This document shows positions 56,108 to 64,000 of a DNA stretch of 64,000 nt, in pieces. The stretch lies in assembly GCF_009914755.1 (NCBI RefSeq), contig NC_060940.1; one strand, 5' to 3'. This stretch comes from the human T2T-CHM13v2.0 reference genome, Homo sapiens. A program made the translations under genes and the position numbers. The notes beneath the pieces were generated by a model that saw only the letters and a program-made list of their open reading frames with translations, was not told where the DNA came from and ran no database searches. Within the stretch, counting starts at the first letter, position 1, and every line of letters begins with the position of its first letter.

Positions 56108-56374
56108 ATGTCTATTATGGACCACAGCCCCACCACGGGCGTGGTCACAGTCATCGTCATCCTCATTGCCATCGCGGCCCTGGGGGCCTTGATCCTGGGC
56201 TGCTGGTGCTACCTGCGGCTGCAGCGCATCAGCCAGTCAGAGGACGAGGAGAGCATCGTGGGGGATGGGGAGACCAAGGAACCCTTCCTGCTGGTGCAGT
56301 ATTCGGCCAAGGGACCGTGCGTGGAGAGAAAGGCCAAGCTGATGACTCCCAACGGCCCGGAAGTCCACGGCTGA
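56108..56374 (+). CDS. SNN: Stannin, 88-aa single-pass membrane protein with CXC (C32-W-C34) metal/organotin-binding motif
   Basis: MSIMDHSPTTGVVTVIVILIAIAALGALILGCWCYLRLQRISQSEDEESIVGDGETKEPFLLVQYSAKGPCVERKAKLMTPNGPEVHG* is the recognised stannin sequence; ACCATG start. Confidence 0.97.
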   Translation: MSIMDHSPTTGVVTVIVILIAIAALGALILGCWCYLRLQRISQSEDEESIVGDGETKEPFLLVQYSAKGPCVERKAKLMTPNGPEVHG

Positions 56375-59153
56375 GCCAGGATGCAAGGCTCCTGGTCCTG
56401 TTTGCAGCCGGCCAAGAGGCGCTGGGAGGGGCAAAACCATACGGATGCGCTGCTGTCTGAGAGGAAGGGCTGACACTTGCTGGCATGGCCTCTGCGGGCT
56501 TCGTCATCGCATGCACTGATGCCCGGGGACCTGGCTGTCCTGGGCTTCCCCTCGGCCTCCAGGTGAGGCTGCCCATTGCAGGCACTGGGCAGGCCTGACC
56601 TTGCTGGGGCTCATGGCCCTGTAGCGCTTTTGTTACTTGAATGTCTAGCTGAGCCTGTTTTTGATGGAGCTACTACTGTAATGCGTGAACTAACAAACCT
56701 GTGAACTGTAAATAGGCCCCTGGAAGCACGTGCTTAAGCCCTTTTGCTGATTTTTAAAAATATCATCTAGCGCACACGGGACTGGTATTCTGGCTGTACT
56801 AATGACAAGCTGAGTCAAGACCCTGGAGGGTCATAGGCTTGTAAAGGCCCACGCCACACTCGGCAGGGGTCTCTCATGTGTGTCCATCTGCGTGTATGTC
56901 AAGGAAGTGAGATGCCAATTTGGGGTCTTGAGGCTGACCAGTTGGGGTGCTTGGGTGATCTCTGCTTCATTAGTCATGGGTGGAAGAAAAACCACACCCC
57001 CCGCACCCCTCCGTTCTTTCTGCATAGACTCACTTGTTAAATAGCAGTTCTGTTGAGAGTGGAGTTACTGCAGGGAAGCTACCGGACCTGCCTGGGAGCC
57101 AGTGAAGGGCGAGTCAGGGCACGCGTCCTGGAGGCTGCCAGCGTCCTTGTAGCAGAGCAGTTTCTTGCCGCTTGGGTCTTCAGCACGCCAAGCCCCCCAC
57201 CAACCCTCCACCCCGAGTGAAGGCTTCGCTGAAATTGCTTTGGTCCTCATAGAGCCTGTGGTGGCTACTTTTGGTCTGAAACCCACTTGGCCCAGGAAAG
57301 AGAAAAGGTTGTATGTTTTGTGTTGGTGTTTCCTATTTTCTGCACTGGAGGGGAGGGGACTGTTGAGGTTCTGTCTTTTTTCTTCTTTTCCTCTTCCCTC
57401 TTCACATCACTTGGCTTCCTTTCCTCTCTGATGACCGTCCGCCTATGGGGTTCTGACTTCACTTTCCTCAGCGGGTCTCCAGTCCCCTGACCCAGCTCTA
57501 AAGGCACTTAGGACCCAGGGAACATTTCTCACGTGCACATTCCCCTAAGAGCCACCAGACTGCTTCCTGCCAGCCTGTGCTTGCGGCAGGGAGCCGGGGC
57601 AGGGCAGAGGTGAACTTGAAGTTCAGGACTTGACTCTCCCACAGGTGGTGAGCTGGTGGCTCTCTGGTGAGCTAGTGTCTCCACAGCCTGTCTCCAAGGC
57701 CTCCCCTATGTACATTTCAGTGAGCTCACTTTGATTTTTAATCCCACCACAAGCACATACTAATTTTATTTATGATTCAAATGTGACTCGTGCCTGCCCA
57801 TCCCTGTAATAGATGGAAGGTCAGCCCCGGCTTAACCACAGAGCACTGGCCCTTCATGGCTGAGCTCAGAGCTCTGGCCTCCTGCTCAGACTAAAGGCAC
57901 CTCCTCTGGCCTCACCCAAGCCTCTTCTAAAAACCATGTTGAATGAATCCACGTTCTGGAACCCCGAGGCGGGAGAAGTAGGGAGCTGTTCGTTTAAGCA
58001 GCATACACCTAAATTGGGGGTTTAAACATTAAGTAGGAGCTTGGGGTGGAAGAGGGACAGCCGGCTGGGCCACCTGAGCAGAAGGTGGTAATGAAACACC
58101 TCAGCTGGGCTCTTGGGAGACCTTAGGAAGCAGGAGAGGCAACACCTCTGGCTACTGATGGTGTGGCAAGTTCAGAAGAGGTGGTGGTGGGGTAGGCGTG
58201 ATGTCAGCAGAAGCCCTGCAGGCTGGGTGGGCAGGACACGTGGTGGGGGCCACTGAAACCAGGCCTAGGAGGGAGAACAAGTTCCAAAGGTGCCGACTGG
58301 AAGAAGGGGGTAAAAGTTTGCTTTGGTGAGTGAGAAAAGGCTGGGGCGTGTGATCCATCCCCTCACGTTTCAGAACTTCCAGGCTTTCTACCTCGACTCT
58401 CACCACAGCCAGCACATACACCTAGGCTGTTTTTCCTTCCTCCACACCTGAGGGACGCAGCAACAGCTAGGATCTGCATTTTCAGGTTCCGAGCCTGACC
58501 CCTGGAACTGACCAGCGCTCGATTGTCAGCCTTGGCCTGGGGTTTTGACCTTGCCAGTGAAGTTTCGGTTTTGAAGTGATTAAATGTCACTTCCTCATCA
58601 GTTTCACTTCTGGAGGTTTTCTTATCCTACTCCCTGGTGCCAGGGACGTACCTGGGAGTTTGAATCAGGCCCATTTGAGCGTGGCAGCCGTGTTGGGTGA
58701 AGGTCCGGGGCTCGGTGAGGCACTGGGGGGGTTTTCGGGAGGAAAATGAAAATGCTTCTAGAATGAGTGAACCACATCATAGCTCTCACTGTTTTTTCAA
58801 TAGCTACTTTTTTTAGCAGACACCAGAGCCACACTCAAATGGCTAAGTAGGTTATGACCTCTCTGGATTATTTTTGAATGCCCAACTGTTGCATTCAAGT
58901 TTTCTGACTAATAAGAAATTAAGCATTCATCCTTCGTATCACTGCAGAAGCAACAGTGGGGGCACAGGGAGGGAACTCTTGACACTGAGCCACTAAAATA
59001 TGGACTAATTTTTTGGACAAATCTTCAAACGGACTGTGCTACTGTATTTGTCTCAAAGCTACCAAGTTTGTGCAATAAGTGGAAGGGATGTCATCCTTCT
59101 TCAATAAATGCTGAATGACATTCAAGCTGATTTTCTAGACCACTGAGAAAATC

Positions 59154-59178
59154 TTTATTTACAATAAATTTCAATAAA
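59154..59178. terminator. Back-to-back poly(A) signals of TXNDC11 (minus, 59154-59159) and SNN (plus, 59163-59168 and 59173-59178)
   Basis: TTTATT-TAC-AATAAA-TTTC-AATAAA. Confidence 0.8.
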
Positions 59179-59242
59179 ATTTGCATAAATATATTCCCAA
59201 TGTACAATTTTCACCTCTGATTTCTTCATATCATTTAAAAAG

Positions 59243-59885
59243 TTAGTCTGTCCTGTTCTCCTTATTCCTTTCAGACACCAGTGTGGCGCTGACATTGGCA
59301 GGTGGAGGGGAGCTGCCAGGGAGCTGGGGGGTGGCTGAGGGCTCAGGCTGCTTGGGGTGGACCTCTCTCTGGGCCGCCAGGCTTTCAGCTCCATCCCTGC
59401 CCTCCAGTTTCCTCTCCATGGTCGCCACCAGGATCTTGAGCCACGTGTTCTCGGTAAGGAGGTTTTCTGAGGCATCGGCCAGCTCCTGCAGCTTGCGGGC
59501 CAGCTCCTGCAGCTCACGTGTCTTCTGCTCATAGAGGGCCTGCAGCTGCTCACTGTGTGCGTGGAGCAGGCTGTGCTGCTCTTCCAGGGCCCGCTGCTGC
59601 TGCCGCAGCCGGTGCTCATCTCTGCGGGCACTGGAGAGCTGGGACTCCACCTGCACTTGTGCTCGCTGGAGGCTGCTTATTTCTGCTCTCAGTTTCTGGA
59701 TCTCTCTCTCCAAGTGGGAGATGTGCCCCCGCTGTAAGACTGCCTCGCTCTGAAGACACTCCTTGGTAGGAGAGTTAGCCACATTCTGGGGGCTGGAAGC
59801 AGGGTCTGAGTGATGCAAAATGAACCTCAACAGGTTTGGAAGGGTGATGGGGACGTCTTCGGGGTATTTCACACTTAGGTCCTTT
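59243..59885 (-). CDS. TXNDC11: Thioredoxin domain-containing protein 11, last coding exon (C-terminal coiled coil); upstream exons lie beyond the window
   Basis: Acceptor CTTTCCCTCTCTCTCCAG|A (phase 2) then [27 protein letters not shown]...[23 protein letters not shown]...ERNKENRTD*; heptad-rich; recognised TXNDC11 C-terminus. Confidence 0.92.
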
Positions 59886-60387
59886 CTGGAGAGAGAGGGA
59901 AAGGAAGCAAAGACAGGAGTCACACCAACACAATGAGTCCAAAAGCAGGCTGTACCTGAGGCCAGGCCATCTACTTCTCACCAAGAAAAGACGTTCCGTG
60001 GATTTTACTTACTGAAAGTAAGGAAAATGTTGCCTGGGCAAGAAATTCTCTACAAAGCTGAGGCTGTCCCATATGCTCGTTCTGTAATTAAGATGGCTTA
60101 TCTGTTCCTGAAGCCAGAGCTCAGCTTCACCCACACCCTCCAAGAAAGACAAGAGCTCCTAGGCCCAGGCCTAAAGCCAGTGATGCAGGGCCCCAGGAGT
60201 GTGTAGGCATGGGGCCTCTGTGTGCTCGGAGATGCCCAGCGGCTGTGTCAGGAAGAGCGTCCAGGGGAGGCAGGAGTGTCCCACCTATGTCCCTCTTGTG
60301 CCCACTGACAGTGCCCGGAGAAAAAGGAAGAACTTGAAAGATACCCAGTCTGTTTCTTCAGCAAGCATTTATTACACATTCTCTAAG

Positions 60388-60445
60388 GCAGGGGTTCTCA
60401 ACTGGGGGTGACTGTACCCCCATTCCCCAGGTACATCTGGCTCAC
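60388..60445 (+). mobile_element. MER20-like 5' fragment
   Basis: CAGGGGTTCTCAACTGGGGGTGA...ACATCTGGC. Confidence 0.5.
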
Positions 60446-60932
60446 ACCTGGCAACCTGATAACTGGCAAACAGCCCAACCAAAGGACTATGAATTCAGGC
60501 TGCCCAGCCCTGAGAGCACAGAATAAGGAAGGAAGGTGACATAGAAAGGGGTTTTCCCTACAGCTTTGTTCCAGGTCCTGATCTAGAGATCTAGAAAATT
60601 CCTCTTCAGAACTTGTCATTTAATCGTCTGATGATGTTTCTCTCACATATCTATTTACCTGTGCCTGTACAGCCTGGCTGCAATTGATCAAAACTACCAG
60701 CTTTATGCACTTAGGTATGAGGTGGGCCGGCAGCCGAGTTTGTCTCCCTCAGGTGTTAACAGAATGGAAGTCAACAGCAGGGACTCCAGAGCCTGGCTGC
60801 CCAGGGCCACTGGACCCGGCCGTAAATTGTTTTATAATTTTGGGGTAAACATTCAACCATCCCCTCCTTTAAAGCTTAGTTTTCTTAACATATAAGCTTT
60901 CTTCAAGTGGGGCCCAGCCATTCAAATGACAA

Positions 60933-61240
60933 AGCTGGGTGTGGTGCTGTGTGCCTGTAATCCCAGTGCTTTGGGAGGCTGAGGTGGGAGGATCGCTTGA
61001 GGCCAGGAGTTTGAGACCAGCCTGGACAATATAGTAAGGCCTCATCTGTATAAAAAGTAAGATAAAAAAATTAGCCAGGCAAGGTGGCACACACCTGTAG
61101 ATCCAGCTACTTAGGAGCCTGAGGTGGGAGGATCACTTGAGTCCAGGAGTTCAAGACTGCAGTGAGCCGTAATTGCACCACTGCACTCCAGCCTGGGCAA
61201 CAGAGTCAGACCTTGTCTCAAAAACAGAAAACCAAAAAAC
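60933..61240 (+). mobile_element. AluJ-like in TXNDC11 intron
   Basis: Alu consensus. Confidence 0.9.
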
Positions 61241-63796
61241 CCCACAACAACTGAAAACACATCGTGGCCCTGTCAAGTGGGCCCATGGAAGAATACCAGA
61301 CGCTGGACCTGCCCCCACGTTCTGCGGCACAAGCCTGGTCTTGTAAGGCAGAGTAAACGTGAATTACTTCCCAGAAAAAGCTGCCAAGATCCCTCAGGAT
61401 GTCTACCTCCAGACATTTACAGGACAGTGACATCCGTGAGCATGCTATCTGCTAACTAAGAGGTCTTGGTGCACTCTCCATCAATGTCCCTAATGGGCAC
61501 ACTAAAATACTGCCACACTTTGTGAAAGTAGCAGGGACAGAGAATGTCAACAGTCTACTTCCAGGAAAGCAGTCATGTGAAACTATGGTGGGAAGAGGTC
61601 CCCATGTCTATGCAACTCTCCTCTAACCCTGAGGGAGTGGCAGGGCACACCTCTAAAAAACTGTGATTCTTCCCCTGGGACACATCAGAGTCTCTTGGTG
61701 GACAGGAGCACCCATCTCCCCCTCATCACCCTGGCCCAGGGCCAGGCCAGAGCACCTATATTTTGCAATGTCACACAGAGTCTGACGCAAGTGCTGGCTG
61801 GAGGAGCACCTGCTCGGTGGAGCAAGTGGCTCCAAGATGCCTCTGCACAGGAAGGCTATGTCTCCCTCAAGGCCCCACCCCTTCCTCTTCCTCCCAAGGA
61901 CAGGCTCTTGCATTTTTTTCCTTCATGATTTTTATAAATCAAGACATGCTCTTTGTAGACAATTTGCAAGGGATGTAAAAACATACAAGCAGCACCTTCA
62001 AATCACTTGCAATCTCACTCCTCTGAAGTCATCAATGTTAACACCTCAACATTTTCCCCTCTGTGAACATCTCCACCTAGCACATGCACAAGTTTATATT
62101 TTATCACAGTAAATATACAATTTCATATTCTTTTCACTAAAAATAGCATAAGCAGGTGGACAATGAAAAAGGTCTTACTACATGTTATCCAACAGCCTTT
62201 TTCATTTCCTCTTTTGCAAGCTGTCAGCTCACGCTGCTTGCCCATTTACCTTCTGGCTAAACCAAACACTCGCTTGGGACCAGCTCATGATGAGCATACT
62301 TTACTTCTACCATTTATTTTTAGGAAATGAGAAAAATTCCATTCCAAAGCCATAAAGCTTTGGTTTACCAACATCCTTACATTAAAAGAGAAGTGGACAG
62401 TCTTCTTATGTTCGATATTTAGAAACGACAAGGGTAAGGGCCTGCAGCAAGTGCCCAGCATGGGGCCGGAGAAATGCGCACATCTTCACGTTTCCCACAC
62501 CAGGCAGCCTAAGAACGAAGGTCACTCAGCCCAGACGCAGGCCTCCAGATGACGCCCCACCCTGCCACCTGTTCCGCCTGTGTCTCTCTACACAGATGCA
62601 TTTCTGCCAGCTGCTGAGAACTTCTTCATTAAAAGGCATGTGCTGGGTGCTAAGATTTTCATATTTTTTCAAACTATGCTTGGAATTCAAAAATTATACG
62701 TCATTAAACTACATGCCCAACTCCTGGCCCACACAGATGAAAGTGTTAGTGTTACTGTCCGTGATTCCTGGACTATGTGGTAATTTAAACACTTCTTAGA
62801 AAGAAAAAGCCTCATCACAACTCAGTCAGCAGTAGAAAAGGGTGAGTCACATTCTGTTTTTAGTGCATGATGTGACAAGACCCTACTACCACAGAAGTAC
62901 TCCCGCAAAAATTCTTTGAGATACAAAGCAAAAACCAAGGGAATGATTCAATAGATATGAAGGAAACACTCTCCTAGAGAAACATGACAAGCTGAATCGC
63001 AAAAGGGAGGCAGGAAATTAAAACAGCAAACGTCATACATGCGAGCCAGGGAACTCCCTAAATGATGCTGCAGACACTTTCCCCTGGAGAGAAGATACTG
63101 TCAAAGTCATGTGAGTGGGTCCCCAAAAGGACTCAACTTTCTAAAAACCAAAGGGAATCTATAAAAAGGGAGCAAACATCCAGTGTATTAGGCTCTAAAG
63201 GACCAAGAGTTAATTTCTTTTTCCACTAAAACATCTGCATCTACGTTTACTAACTGGAAGTCCGCTCCCCCTTGTTAATGTCCTGCTTGCAGGGGCTTCC
63301 GGGGTAGTTGCCGTTAAGAACTGCACCTGGAATACTGATTAGGCAAGTGTGAAAAAATCAAGCGACCATCCCATGGCGGACGTTCACAGCAGTCTGCACG
63401 CATGGGAGAAAACCCCTTTGTAGGCCTCCTGGAATCCGAGAAAAGGACGTGCCATGGGTAAGAAAGCCACCCTGTCCTCTGTACGAGAGGGATGAGGAGC
63501 TGCTGGGAGGCCAACTGAGAGACAAGCAAGTGGAAGGCTTGGGGCAGGCAGGGCTCCACAGATTCTCTGCTGTTTTGCCCCACACAAACATTGCACCACT
63601 GCACTCCAGCCAGGGCAACAGAAGAATCCTGTCAGTCTCTGCGTCCTCCATATGTTCATACAGGCCATGAAAGCTAAGAATTCTCACGGCCACATTCAAG
63701 CTCGGGTAAGAGATAGACTGGGAAAAACAACCTTTAAAAGATCCATACCACACATAACATCCTGACACTACAACCCTTTTATGTCCCTAAGGACAC

Positions 63797-64000
63797 TTTT
63801 TTTTTTTTTTTTTTTTTGAGGCAGAGCCTCGCTCTGTCACCCAGGTTGGAGTGCAGTGGTGTGATCTTGGCTCACTGCAACCTCCGCATCCCAGGTTCAA
63901 GAGATTCTCGTGCCTCAGCCTCAGAGTAGCTGGGATTACAAGCATATGTCACCATGCCTGGCTAATTTTTGTATTTTTTGTACTGATGGGGTTTCACCAT
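63797..64000 (-). mobile_element. Alu, truncated by window edge
   Basis: Poly-T then Alu right arm. Confidence 0.9.

Larger units (their letters stand above)
56023..59200 (+). other. SNN: SNN exon 2 (85-nt 5' UTR part, whole CDS, ~2.8-kb 3' UTR; 3' end approximate)
   Basis: Branch-point-like GCTAAC 55987-55992 and acceptor CTTTGTCTTTCAG|G at 56022/56023; AATAAA at 59103, 59163 and 59173. Confidence 0.85.

Noticed and set aside
59155-59769. Alternative-frame and antisense ORFs over the TXNDC11 exon
   Set aside because: Shadow ORFs from CAG/CTG-rich coiled-coil codons
59886-59923. N-terminal [12 protein letters not shown] of the 226-aa minus ORF
   Set aside because: Intronic polypyrimidine tract upstream of the TXNDC11 last-exon acceptor

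Overview
Human (primate) genomic DNA. From the recognisable proteins and known gene order, this is the LITAF-SNN-TXNDC11 neighbourhood on 16p13.13. Positions 1 to ~47,200 are intergenic or upstream sequence that is extremely Alu-rich. This part also holds MaLR/ERVL LTR relics, L1/MIR fragments, microsatellites and a tight cluster of three ERV1 solo LTRs (MER41A, LTR8-family, MER50; 13.4-17.3 kb). A CpG island (~47.9-49.5 kb) holds the SNN promoter and exon 1. A 7.4-kb Alu-poor intron follows, then exon 2 with the complete 88-aa stannin CDS (56108-56374) and a ~2.8-kb 3' UTR. The last coding exon of TXNDC11 (minus strand, 59243-59885) converges on SNN, and the two 3' ends share a back-to-back poly(A) signal. 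Nearly all other ORF-track entries are Alu- or GC-content artefacts. No new protein-coding system is evident. The best leads are regulatory: (1) a strong-Kozak uORF created only by SNN splicing; (2) the bidirectional poly(A) cassette; (3) a MER50 LTR that appears promoter-competent with a damaged poly(A) signal, pointing toward LITAF; (4) a p53/p63 + TCF motif island; (5) a templated insertion inside an Alu. Repeat family names come from recalled consensus sequences, and repeat coordinates are approximate.
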